Assembly: GCA_946414595.1 (NCBI GenBank)
Contig: CAMKPE010000008.1
Coordinates: forward strand, 1,152 to 65,151
Direction: 5' to 3'
DNA from: an uncultured Clostridium sp.
Lineage (GTDB): Bacteria > Bacillota_I > Bacilli_A > RF39 > UBA660
Length of the DNA stretch: 64,000 nucleotides
The notes beneath the pieces are model-generated. The model was not told the DNA's origin and made no database searches. It worked only from the letters and a program-made list of their open reading frames with translations. This document shows, piece by piece, positions 43,080 to 52,188 of the stretch. The position numbers and the translations under genes were made by a program. How positions within the stretch are numbered: the stretch's first letter is position 1; every line of letters starts with the position of its first letter.

Positions 43080-44387
43080 TTAAAATGGCATTTTCATGTT
43101 CCCGTTTGACATTTGTTTCATCATTTTTTTCATTTGTTCAAATTGTTGTAACAACTGATTAACTTCTTGTACTGATCTTCCTGATCCTTTAGCAATTCTT
43201 GTCTTTCTGCTTGCTTTTATTATATCAGGATTTTTTCTTTCTTTTGGTGTCATTGAAAGTACAATTGCTTCAATATGTGCAAGTTGTTTTGGATCAATAT
43301 TTACCTTATTTAATCCCATCTTAGAAGCACCTGGTACTAGTTTAAGAAGATTTTCAAGCGGTCCAAGTTTTTTAACTTGTTTCATACTTGATAAGAAGTC
43401 TTCTAAGTCAAATTTACCATTTTGCATTTTCTTAGCAGTTTTCTCTGCTTCTTTTTCATCTATTTCTGATTGAACTTTTTCAACAAGAGATATAATATCT
43501 CCCATTCCTAAGATTCTTCCAGCCATACGTTCTGGATCAAAGGCATCAAGTCCATCCATTTTTTCACTAATACCAATAAACTTAATTGGAACATTAGTTA
43601 AATGTCTTACTGATAGTGCGACACCTCCTCGAGTATCTCCATCAAGTTTTGTTAAGATAACTCCAGTAAGTGGCAATTTACTGTTAAATCCTTCAATTAC
43701 ATTTATAGCATCTTGTCCCATCATTGAGTCAATTACTAATAATATTTCTTGTGGATTAACTTTTGTTCTTATGTTTTCTAGCTCTTCCATTAAGTCTTCA
43801 TCAATGTGAAGTCTTCCTGCTGTATCTATTAAAACATAATCAAATTTATTTTCTTTAGCATACTTTATAGCATTTTCTGCAATTTCTACAGGATCTTTCT
43901 TCCCTTCTTCGTATACTTCAATATTTAGTTGTTTTCCTATTTGTTTTAATTGGTCTATAGCTGCAGGACGATATACATCACATGCTACTAAAAGTGGTTT
44001 CTTGGCATGTTTCTTTCTTAACATTAAAGAAAGTTTTCCTATATGAGTAGTTTTACCACTACCTTGTAAACCTACTAACATAAGTATTGCTGGATTTCCA
44101 TTAAGGTTTAATGGTTTTTGTTCTCCTCCTAAAAGTTCTGTTAATTCATCTTTTACGATTTTAACAAATACTTCTCCAGGTTTTAAGCTTCTTTGAACTT
44201 CTTCTCCTAAAGCTTTTTCTTTAACTTTATTAGTAAATTCTTTAACAACTGTATAGTTAACATCAGCCTCTAATAATGCAAGACGAATATCACGCATCAT
44301 ATCACTGATATTATTTTCAGTAATTTTTCCTGTTCCTTTTATTTTTGAAAGAGCACTTTGTAATCTTTCCCCCAAGCTCTCAAACAT
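43080..44387 (-). CDS. ffh: Signal recognition particle protein Ffh
   Basis: MFESLGERLQ.., the NG domain with GLQGSGKTT, DTAGR and TKLDGD, and a Met-rich M domain at the C-terminus. Confidence 0.95.
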   Translation of the reverse strand: MFESLGERLQSALSKIKGTGKITENNISDMMRDIRLALLEADVNYTVVKEFTNKVKEKALGEEVQRSLKPGEVFVKIVKDELTELLGGEQKPLNLNGNPAILMLVGLQGSGKTTHIGKLSLMLRKKHAKKPLLVACDVYRPAAIDQLKQIGKQLNIEVYEEGKKDPVEIAENAIKYAKENKFDYVLIDTAGRLHIDEDLMEELENIRTKVNPQEILLVIDSMMGQDAINVIEGFNSKLPLTGVILTKLDGDTRGGVALSVRHLTNVPIKFIGISEKMDGLDAFDPERMAGRILGMGDIISLVEKVQSEIDEKEAEKTAKKMQNGKFDLEDFLSSMKQVKKLGPLENLLKLVPGASKMGLNKVNIDPKQLAHIEAIVLSMTPKERKNPDIIKASRKTRIAKGSGRSVQEVNQLLQQFEQMKKMMKQMSNGNMKMPF

Positions 44388-44397
44388 GTTATCACCT

Positions 44398-46152
44398 CTA
44401 TATATTTTTCCAATTTAATACGATATCACTATTTGATGATAGTGGTGTTGGATCTGGTAAATCAAGATGTACAATTACTGGGATTTTGAATGCTGTTCCA
44501 AATCCTAAACATGTACCTGATTGTAATCCTTTTTGTTTATCTACTATATCTGAATTAATATTAGGTATCATCTTTCTTATATATTCTTCATCACTAGGAT
44601 GGTTTGTTTTAAATATTAAGAAGTTTGAACACTGTGAAATAACTGTATCAGATAGTTCAACAGGTCTTTGTGATATAACACCTAAAATAACTCCATATTT
44701 TCTTCCTTCTTTTGCTACACGTTCAAATATATTATAACCAATTAAGTAATGGTCATTGTCATTTTTAATATATCTGTGTGCTTCTTCTACTATGATATGG
44801 AATGGTATAGATCCTTTATTAGGAACAATCTTAGCAAAGTCAAAGATTATTCTTGTATAAATCTTTGTAATAACTGCTGCTAAAGAGTCATCCATATCTT
44901 CCAGATTGATAATTACAACTTGACGTTTCTTATTATCTTTAAATAATGTTGCACTTAAGAACTTTTGAACATCAACATGATCTGGATAATCGAAGATCTT
45001 TGAATGTTCACTAGTTATTAGTGAATGTAGCCTTACTCTAACACTTGCAGAATCTGCATATGTGTTTGGATTATTATACCAACCTTCTGATATTAAAGTA
45101 AAGTCTAAAGCTTTCTCTAAATCTTGTAAGTTATAGTATGTAAGACCCGTTGGTTCATAATTATCTAATTCTTCTTTTATAAATGAAGTAACATATTCAG
45201 TAAATAAAATACTTTCAGTAAATGTTCCTGTCTTATCTATGTTAAAACATTCTCTTAATTTTCTTGTATAACCAACTCCTGTTATAGTTGCATCTAAGTT
45301 GAAAAATGGTGTTGGACATGTTTCAACGATAGCAAATATGTCATTTTTCTTTTTAACTGGAGTTGAATCACTAAATAGAACTGAAACAATTGCTTTAGCT
45401 ATTAAGTGATTTTTATACATTTCACTCATTTCACTAGATTCAGCAAATATTCTTGCTAGTTTTAACATTCTTTCTACAATTGGTAATTGTGAATGTTGTG
45501 TAGACATTAATAATAGTGCTAAATCATTGGCATTTAACAACCATAGTGGAATTCTCAATTGTTCATATTCTTTATTTGTTTCACTAGTTGTTAATACTCT
45601 ATAATCAAATCTTGGATCTATCTCTGATATTTTAGAAAAAGCATTTGGATACTCTCCTGCTACATCAAAGATAAATATGTTTGCATTAAAAGGTGGAGTG
45701 TCTTTATTTTGAAATATGTTTTGGAATAATCTTGCAGTACCATAAGATTTACCACTTCCAGAGTTACCAAATATAGCGAAATGATTTCCAAAGAAATTAT
45801 TAACGCTTAAACATACTGGTGCTCCATTATAGAATGGACTCTTACCTAAATACATTGCTCCTTCATTAGTTTGTCCTAATATGATAGCAATCTCTTGTTC
45901 ATTAACAGGTCTAATTTTAGCATCCATTAATGGCTTTCTAATAATACCACCATAAAGTTTTCCATTAGAAAACTCACCTAATAACTTAATATTAACTTTT
46001 ACTTTATCTACTTCTGATATTTCTCCTAATAATTGTTTTTCAGCATCTTCAATAACTACATGAGAACTTAATATATTATTAGTTATTTCTACACCAGGAA
46101 TTAGATCAACAAAAACGCTAGTCTCATTAATCAATGATATTTTATCAAACAT
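44398..46152 (-). CDS. HerA/FtsK-superfamily ATPase (DUF87-like) with an N-terminal HAS-barrel-like domain (584 aa)
   Basis: Walker A FGNSGSGKSYGTARL and Walker B FHIIVEEAHRYI. The N-terminal ~100 aa are beta-rich, as in HerA. RBS AGAGGTGG lies upstream. There are 9-10 nt gaps to ylxM and ffh. Confidence 0.7.
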   Translation of the reverse strand: MFDKISLINETSVFVDLIPGVEITNNILSSHVVIEDAEKQLLGEISEVDKVKVNIKLLGEFSNGKLYGGIIRKPLMDAKIRPVNEQEIAIILGQTNEGAMYLGKSPFYNGAPVCLSVNNFFGNHFAIFGNSGSGKSYGTARLFQNIFQNKDTPPFNANIFIFDVAGEYPNAFSKISEIDPRFDYRVLTTSETNKEYEQLRIPLWLLNANDLALLLMSTQHSQLPIVERMLKLARIFAESSEMSEMYKNHLIAKAIVSVLFSDSTPVKKKNDIFAIVETCPTPFFNLDATITGVGYTRKLRECFNIDKTGTFTESILFTEYVTSFIKEELDNYEPTGLTYYNLQDLEKALDFTLISEGWYNNPNTYADSASVRVRLHSLITSEHSKIFDYPDHVDVQKFLSATLFKDNKKRQVVIINLEDMDDSLAAVITKIYTRIIFDFAKIVPNKGSIPFHIIVEEAHRYIKNDNDHYLIGYNIFERVAKEGRKYGVILGVISQRPVELSDTVISQCSNFLIFKTNHPSDEEYIRKMIPNINSDIVDKQKGLQSGTCLGFGTAFKIPVIVHLDLPDPTPLSSNSDIVLNWKNI

Positions 46153-46161
46153 ATTCCACCT

Positions 46162-46455
46162 CTAAATTATTCCTTTTATCTCTTCTAACAAACTTTCTGA
46201 AACATTATTTTCTAGTTTCTTTATTATTTTTTCTTTCTTCTCATTAAGCTTTAATTTATCTTCTAGTTCAATCAATCTTTCTTCCATAATCTTTATTTGA
46301 TTATGAACAGCATTTCTTGATACATCGTTATTTTCGGCAATCTCACTTAATGATAAGTTTTCAAAATAGTATGACTCAAAATACATCTGTTGTTTTTCTG
46401 TAAACAACTCTTTGTATAAGTCATATAGTAAATTTAAATATACAACTCTATCCAT
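46162..46455 (-). CDS. ylxM: YlxM/p13-like putative DNA-binding protein (UPF0122)
   Basis: It is 97 aa with the HTH LSLSEIAENNDVSRNAVHNQIK, and holds the canonical position between ftsY and ffh. Confidence 0.85.
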   Translation of the reverse strand: MDRVVYLNLLYDLYKELFTEKQQMYFESYYFENLSLSEIAENNDVSRNAVHNQIKIMEERLIELEDKLKLNEKKEKIIKKLENNVSESLLEEIKGII

Positions 46456-46462
46456 AAGTCAC

Positions 46463-47656
46463 CTACATCATATCTTTAAATAATCCATAAATATATTTTT
46501 CTATATCGAATACTTGTAAGTCTTCTTTTCTTTCTCCTAGTCCAATATATTTAACTGGAATACCTACACTTTCTTTAATTGCTAGAACTATACCACCTTT
46601 AGCAGTACCATCTAGTTTTGTAAGTACAATACCTGTTATATTTGTTATTTCTTTGAAGGCCTTAGCTTGGCTAATTCCATTTTGACCAGTTGTTGCATCA
46701 ATTACTAGTAATGTCTCATGTGGTCCACCTTCAACAACTTTTCCAATTACTTTATTAATTTTCTCTAACTCTTTCATTAAGTTAACTTTGTTTTGAAGTC
46801 TTCCTGCAGTATCTATTAATACTACATCGATGTTGTCTTTAACTGCTTGTTCAAGTCCATCAAATATTACGCTTGATGGATCAGCGCCTTCTTCTTTTCC
46901 AACAAATACAGAATCAGTTCTTTGCGCCCATTCTTTAAGTTGTTCTGTTGCTCCTGCTCTAAATGTATCTCCTGCAACCATCATTACTTTCTTACCTTCA
47001 TCATGAAGTTTTGCTGCTATCTTAGCAATTGTTGTAGTCTTTCCTACTCCGTTTACTCCAACAAATAAAATTACTGTTGGTCCAGTTTCTGCAAAGTTAA
47101 TTTTATTAACAATTACTTCATCACTAACATAGATAATGAATAACTCATCGACTATAACTTCTTTTAAGTATTCTAAGTCTTCGATATTTTCTGATCTAAC
47201 TCTTTTTCTTAGTCTATCCATAAAGCTCATAACAGTATCAATACCAATATCTGCCATGATAAGAATTTCTTCTAGTTCATCAAAATATTCTTCATCTACT
47301 TTATTATGCCTATTAGTTAAGTTAATTAATTTAGAAACAAAGTTTTCACGAGTCTTAGTTAAACCTTTTTCATATACTTTAACTGACTCTTTAACTTCCT
47401 CTTTCTTCTCTTCTTTCTTAACTTCTTTTTTAGGCTCAGTCTTTTCTTCAGCTTTAACCTCTTTTTTTGGTTCAGTTTTTTCTTCAACATGTTTAGGTTC
47501 TTCTTTCTTAACCTCTACATGTTCTTCTTCTATTTCAGGTGTTTCTTCTACTTCTACTTCTGATTCAGTAACTTTCTCTTCTTCTATTTGTTCATTAATA
47601 ACTTCTTCTTTATTATCTTTTTTGAACATGTTTTTAATTTTGCTAAATAAACCCAT
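46463..47656 (-). CDS. ftsY: SRP receptor FtsY
   Basis: K/E-rich N-terminus with the repeated EKTEPKKEVK, and the NG domain with GVNGVGKTT, DTAGR and TKLDGT. Confidence 0.95.
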   Translation of the reverse strand: MGLFSKIKNMFKKDNKEEVINEQIEEEKVTESEVEVEETPEIEEEHVEVKKEEPKHVEEKTEPKKEVKAEEKTEPKKEVKKEEKKEEVKESVKVYEKGLTKTRENFVSKLINLTNRHNKVDEEYFDELEEILIMADIGIDTVMSFMDRLRKRVRSENIEDLEYLKEVIVDELFIIYVSDEVIVNKINFAETGPTVILFVGVNGVGKTTTIAKIAAKLHDEGKKVMMVAGDTFRAGATEQLKEWAQRTDSVFVGKEEGADPSSVIFDGLEQAVKDNIDVVLIDTAGRLQNKVNLMKELEKINKVIGKVVEGGPHETLLVIDATTGQNGISQAKAFKEITNITGIVLTKLDGTAKGGIVLAIKESVGIPVKYIGLGERKEDLQVFDIEKYIYGLFKDMM

Positions 47657-47706
47657 TATTAATCACCATATTAAGTATATCAAAAAAAAGATGATAAATC
47701 ATCTTT

Positions 47707-48339
47707 TTATTTTATTTCTTTTACTAATGTTTTTGTTCTATAAACTTGCTTATGAACAAGTTCCATATCTTGTTCTTGGTTAACAGAGAATGGTGAAGAT
47801 AATTTCTTACCTTCGTTTACATAGAATGAATGTAAGAACTCATTCTTTTGTTGGTAATCTTCTAGCATTAAAGTACCATTCTTTTTGTAATTATATAAAG
47901 CGTCTTGGTCATTTGTTTCTTTTGTTTGTGTATCGCTCCAATCACTCAATTCATATACGTTATATGATTGTCCTTGAGTACCTTCAATTAGATAGTTTCC
48001 ACATATTAGTGTTACTTTCTTATTATTAGGTGCTGGTACTTCTACATAAGAATTATATTTATCACAATATTCTCCTGTACTTAATGGATTAGGAAGTTCT
48101 TCAATAAACTCTTTTTCAATTAATTCATATAAGTAATAAATATTTGAATCTTTAGTATATTTATCTTTATATTTACTTACTTGATTTGCAAAATTGTTGG
48201 CAGTTGTTTTAAAACTGTTATAATTCTTACTTGTACTATCTAGTACTATCTTTGATCCTACTGCTAAAAGTATTGCGATTAGGGCTAACATAGCCATTAT
48301 TTCTACTTTACCAAATCCTCTGTTATTTGTTTTTTTCAT
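47707..48339 (-). CDS. Protein with a prepilin-type N-terminal domain (pilin or pseudopilin-like, 210 aa)
   Basis: MKKTNNRG/FGKVEIMAMLALIAILLAV has G at -1, F at +1 and E at +5, followed by a hydrophobic helix. It overlaps the ezrA 3' end by 17 nt. A terminator follows at ~47670-47700. Confidence 0.65.
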   Translation of the reverse strand: MKKTNNRGFGKVEIMAMLALIAILLAVGSKIVLDSTSKNYNSFKTTANNFANQVSKYKDKYTKDSNIYYLYELIEKEFIEELPNPLSTGEYCDKYNSYVEVPAPNNKKVTLICGNYLIEGTQGQSYNVYELSDWSDTQTKETNDQDALYNYKKNGTLMLEDYQQKNEFLHSFYVNEGKKLSSPFSVNQEQDMELVHKQVYRTKTLVKEIK

Positions 48340-50041
48340 AAATTTCTGTCACCTTTCTTCTTATGTCTTTGTCAATTCTTTCGATTGTAGAAAGACTTAC
48401 TTCTAATGATTTTTTATAGTTTCCTTTATAGAATAACATCTGTGCTTGATTAAGACCACTATCAACATTTACGTTTTCGCTTCTATATCTATTTCCATAG
48501 ACAATTGAATACTCCGCTATCTTAGCTGTCTTAACCATTTCATTTGTAGTATTAAATAGTTTTAATACTAAATCTCTAGATGTATCTACCCTTGTATTAA
48601 GTGTTCTAATTACAATTGGTTTTCTTTCTAATTCTTTAATTATTTCAAGAATAGATTCATTAGCTTCTTGTAATTGAACAAAATAAGTATCTGATACAAT
48701 TGGAAGTTTATAGCTTCTAATTCTGGCTTTAGATTGTTTCAATAATTCTTGAATTTCATCCAATTGTTCTCTTGCTCTTACTTCATCATCATATAAGTGT
48801 CCTAAATTCTTTAAGGAAACATCTAATTCATCTTCAATAACTTTTAACTTATCCAAATAATCTTTAATATTTACAGCAAGTTCTGAATAAGGTATTTTCT
48901 TTCTAGGTGCACCTTTTATTAATGTTTTATATTCTTCGTTTAATTCTTTTGTTTTTTCATTAACTGTATCTATTGCTTTTATATCTTCATCTTTTAAATC
49001 ATACATGCTCTTAATGTCATCCATTTGAGCATATATATCATTAACTTCACCAGTTGTCTTTTCAAGTCTTTTGTCAAATACTTCTTTTGACTCTTCATAT
49101 TCTTTCTTAGCTTGTTTTTCAATTTCAAATTCATCAAATAAAGAATCTAGATATTCAAGCATTGTCTTTAACTCAAACATACAGTTTTCTAAGTTAAGTA
49201 CTTTAATTCTATCCAATATCTTATTAACATTTTTTAAAGATTCTTCTACGTTATATTCAATCTTTAAATGTTTTAATGGATATTTCTTATTCTTTAATTC
49301 AGAATAAGTCTTAGTAATTTGTTCAATTCGTTTTGGAATAATTCTATTAGCAAGAAGTACTAAATCAGGAACTTCTTCAATTACTATTCCCATGTGATCA
49401 ATCATTATATCTATACCTTTAACAATATGGTATACTTCTTGATAATCATTTTGATCCATATAGTATTCAAAATCTTGGAATCTTTTTTCAATATTCTCAA
49501 ATTGAAGTTCTATTGGATTAGCAATTTCTTCATATTCGTTTCTTTTGTTTTCAAATATGTCATTTAACTCTCTATATTTAGTTTTAAGTTTAGTTATTAT
49601 TCTTCTATACTTTTCTTCACTAAGATTTACTTCTTTTATTTCATCAAGTAAGTAATCAGTAGCATTTCTTGCTTTATAAATTGCAAGTTCTGTTTTAGCA
49701 ATATTAATATGATATTCTTTGTATTGTTTTTTATCTAGATATGAATCAAGATCAATAATCATATCATTAATCTTAGGTATATCTGTATTCTTAATACTTT
49801 CAAATGTATTAAACCATTCTTTATATTTCTCTTCAATCTTATCATTCTTAACAAGAGTTTCTAGTTTAGCAAGTTCTGATACGATTGGAGCACTTTCTAT
49901 TTCATTTTTCTTTTTATCTAGAAGTTCTAACTCTCTTCTATACTCTTTTAATTTCTTTCTTTTAACAAGTGATACCACAATAAAAACAAGTAGTACAAAA
50001 ACAGCTATATAACCAAACGCTATTAGTAATACAGTTTTCAT
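48323..50041 (-). CDS. ezrA: Septation ring formation regulator EzrA
   Basis: A single N-terminal TM segment (LLIAFGYIAVFVLLVFIVVSLV) is followed by ~540 aa of coiled-coil repeats. The size and architecture are typical of EzrA. Confidence 0.75.
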   Translation of the reverse strand: MKTVLLIAFGYIAVFVLLVFIVVSLVKRKKLKEYRRELELLDKKKNEIESAPIVSELAKLETLVKNDKIEEKYKEWFNTFESIKNTDIPKINDMIIDLDSYLDKKQYKEYHINIAKTELAIYKARNATDYLLDEIKEVNLSEEKYRRIITKLKTKYRELNDIFENKRNEYEEIANPIELQFENIEKRFQDFEYYMDQNDYQEVYHIVKGIDIMIDHMGIVIEEVPDLVLLANRIIPKRIEQITKTYSELKNKKYPLKHLKIEYNVEESLKNVNKILDRIKVLNLENCMFELKTMLEYLDSLFDEFEIEKQAKKEYEESKEVFDKRLEKTTGEVNDIYAQMDDIKSMYDLKDEDIKAIDTVNEKTKELNEEYKTLIKGAPRKKIPYSELAVNIKDYLDKLKVIEDELDVSLKNLGHLYDDEVRAREQLDEIQELLKQSKARIRSYKLPIVSDTYFVQLQEANESILEIIKELERKPIVIRTLNTRVDTSRDLVLKLFNTTNEMVKTAKIAEYSIVYGNRYRSENVNVDSGLNQAQMLFYKGNYKKSLEVSLSTIERIDKDIRRKVTEIYEKNK

Positions 50042-50113
50042 TCTATCACCTCTATTCTATATACTTTTATTTTAACACATATCTACTTTATTTTCATTAT
50101 TTTTTTGTTTTTA

Positions 50114-50140
50114 TAAAAAAAGACTAGATATTTCTAGTCT
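50114..50140 (-). terminator. Intrinsic terminator after the 361-aa gene
   Basis: Stem agactaga / tctagtct (50121-50128 / 50133-50140) overlaps the stop codon, and a U-run follows on the minus strand. Confidence 0.6.
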
Positions 50141-51224
50141 ATTTAATATCTAATTGTAATGTTTCATCGCCATTTTGAGCATAAGGATGATAAATTGATT
50201 TGTTTTGTCTATTAAGAGTATATTTACCATCTATTTCCATTATATATGGATAATATACATAATCCTTGTTTGTGTTTTCTTCAATTGTTTTAGCATTACC
50301 TTTAATATCATATAATACTAATTTGTTGTCCTCTTGTACAACAACATAATCTTCTCTTACTGCTACAACATTATTGTATGTTTTTGCAACATTACCAGTA
50401 GCATCATATATTATTGCTTTTGATTCAGAATAATTACCTTCTTCATAATCAGTTATTAATGGCATGTTTACTAATGTGTATGATTCATCGGAATTGTTCA
50501 TCATGAAAGATGATTTTAATGTTATTATGTTTCCATTTTTAACAAATAATAATACTTCTCTTAGTACACCATCAGATGAAGCAAAATCAAAATACCATCC
50601 TGAAGATATATCGTCGTGTCCTATTGATAATCTAAGTCCAAATACTCCATCTTTAAATGTGTAAGCAGTTGTAGATCTTAGTTCTTTCAATTCTCCTGTT
50701 TCTGGTACATATATCATTCCATATGAGATTCCATCAGCATGTCCTGATGCAACTACATAAATATATAAGTAATCTTTTTCACCTGAATGGAACACATATA
50801 CTCTTGCAGCTTGTTCTACGATATCAAAATTATCATTACCTTCCCTTTGACTGGCATATGGCCCATCACGGAAATCGTAATCAGTTAATATCTTTTGCTT
50901 ATCAGCATCATAAACAGCATATGTAGGTTTATCCCCACCTGTTTTCTTAGCTAATCTAATGTTATAACTTTTTAATGTCTTACTTAAATATTTAGTTTTG
51001 ATACCAATGTATCCATCTTTATCAGCACTAGTATCATCACTATCTTCAAACTGTTTTGTATTATCTTCTACAGTTGTGTTTTGAGTATTATTCTGGTTAT
51101 CATCACTTTTATCAGATTTATTAAAAACTCCGCTTAATAAAAGACCAACAACTACTCCTGTTAATAGTAATACAACACCTACAATAATTATAATTATGTT
51201 ATTTTTTTTCTTAGTCTCTTCCAT
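50139..51224 (-). CDS. Hypothetical N-terminally membrane-anchored protein (361 aa)
   Basis: The start is moved to MEETKKKNN (ATG 51224), which has AAAGAGGT 8 nt upstream. It has the TM anchor IIIIIVGVVLLLTGVVVGLLL and a D/N-rich linker. Confidence 0.65.
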   Translation of the reverse strand: MEETKKKNNIIIIIVGVVLLLTGVVVGLLLSGVFNKSDKSDDNQNNTQNTTVEDNTKQFEDSDDTSADKDGYIGIKTKYLSKTLKSYNIRLAKKTGGDKPTYAVYDADKQKILTDYDFRDGPYASQREGNDNFDIVEQAARVYVFHSGEKDYLYIYVVASGHADGISYGMIYVPETGELKELRSTTAYTFKDGVFGLRLSIGHDDISSGWYFDFASSDGVLREVLLFVKNGNIITLKSSFMMNNSDESYTLVNMPLITDYEEGNYSESKAIIYDATGNVAKTYNNVVAVREDYVVVQEDNKLVLYDIKGNAKTIEENTNKDYVYYPYIMEIDGKYTLNRQNKSIYHPYAQNGDETLQLDIK

Positions 51225-51293
51225 ATTATCTAACCTCTTTCTACTATATAAGTATATCATTACTTTTTACTTTTTTAAATATCAATAATATTC

Positions 51294-51322
51294 TTGACTT
51301 ATATAGTGTTTTAATATATAAT
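51294..51322 (+). promoter_or_regulatory. Near-consensus sigma-A promoter for rpsD
   Basis: TTGACT (51294-51299), a 17-nt spacer and TATAAT (51317-51322). This leaves a ~165-nt leader before ATG 51494. Confidence 0.65.
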
Positions 51323-51493
51323 CTTTATTGCATATTCAAACAGCGATTATTTACTTATTTTTAATGTGTCTATTAAGTTTATTAGTAACTTTTTCGTGAA
51401 ATGCTGTTTAAGTGAAAATATTAAAATAGACTCCCTATAAATAAGAAGTATGTAGTCTTTTGTTTATGTTAATAAATAAAGGAGGAAAGAATT

Positions 51494-52096
51494 ATGGCAA
51501 GATATACTGGATCTAGTTACAAACAAGCTCGTAGAGTTGGTATGAGTTTATTAGAAAACGGTAAAGAAATTGCAAAGCGTCCTTATGGTCCTGGTCAACA
51601 TGGAGCAGACAGACGTGGAAAATTATCTGACTATGGTGTTCAATTAAAAGAAAAACAAAAAGTTAGATTTATGTACGGATTAACTGAAAAGCAATTCCGT
51701 AAGACATTTGATGAAGCTGGAAAAATGAAAGGTATCCATGGTGAAAACTTCTTAAAAATGCTTGAATCTCGTTTAGATAATTTAGTATACCGTATCGGAT
51801 TTGCTAGTACTAGACGTGGAGCTAGACAACTTGTTAACCATGGTCATATCTTAGTTAATGGACAAAAAGTTGATATCCCTTCATTCAGAGTTAAAGTTGG
51901 TTCTGTAATCACTTTAAAAGATAAGGATAAAGACTTAAAAGTAGTTAACGAAAGTTTAGAAAAAGTTGTTTCTCGTGTTGAATACATCACTTATGATGAA
52001 AACAAAAAAGAAGCTACTTATGTAAGATTACCAGAAAGACAAGAATTAAATGCTGATATCGACGAATCATTAATCGTTGAATTCTATAACAGATAA
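51494..52096 (+). CDS. rpsD: 30S ribosomal protein S4
   Basis: [19 protein letters not shown].., 200 aa with an S4 RNA-binding domain ([31 protein letters not shown]). RBS AAAGGAGGA lies upstream. Confidence 0.95.
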   Translation: MARYTGSSYKQARRVGMSLLENGKEIAKRPYGPGQHGADRRGKLSDYGVQLKEKQKVRFMYGLTEKQFRKTFDEAGKMKGIHGENFLKMLESRLDNLVYRIGFASTRRGARQLVNHGHILVNGQKVDIPSFRVKVGSVITLKDKDKDLKVVNESLEKVVSRVEYITYDENKKEATYVRLPERQELNADIDESLIVEFYNR

Positions 52097-52100
52097 AATT

Positions 52101-52128
52101 AGATTGACATTATTGTCAATCTTTTTTG
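52101..52128 (+). terminator. rpsD intrinsic terminator (first copy of a duplicated ~85-bp intergenic module)
   Basis: Stem agattgaca / tgtcaatct with a 4-nt loop and a T-run. Confidence 0.75.
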
Positions 52129-52188
52129 TGCTCTTTTATTTACTAATTTCTACCCTTTTGTTAAGATTTCATTAGAGGTGTGTCTTAT

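Noticed and set aside
44345-44737. Plus-strand 130-aa ORF spanning the ffh start and the HerA-like 3' end
   Set aside because: It is antisense to two well-supported genes and crosses their intergenic RBS. It has no signals of its own.
47136-47783. Plus-strand 215-aa S/F/L-rich ORF, and likewise 57695-57964, 57804-58088, 58104-58313, 58691-59098, 49071-49307 and 49719-50012
   Set aside because: These are antisense images of K/E-rich coding regions (ftsY N-terminus, YtxH/DUF948, the acidic protein, ezrA). Their low-complexity S/F/L composition and lack of RBS argue against coding.
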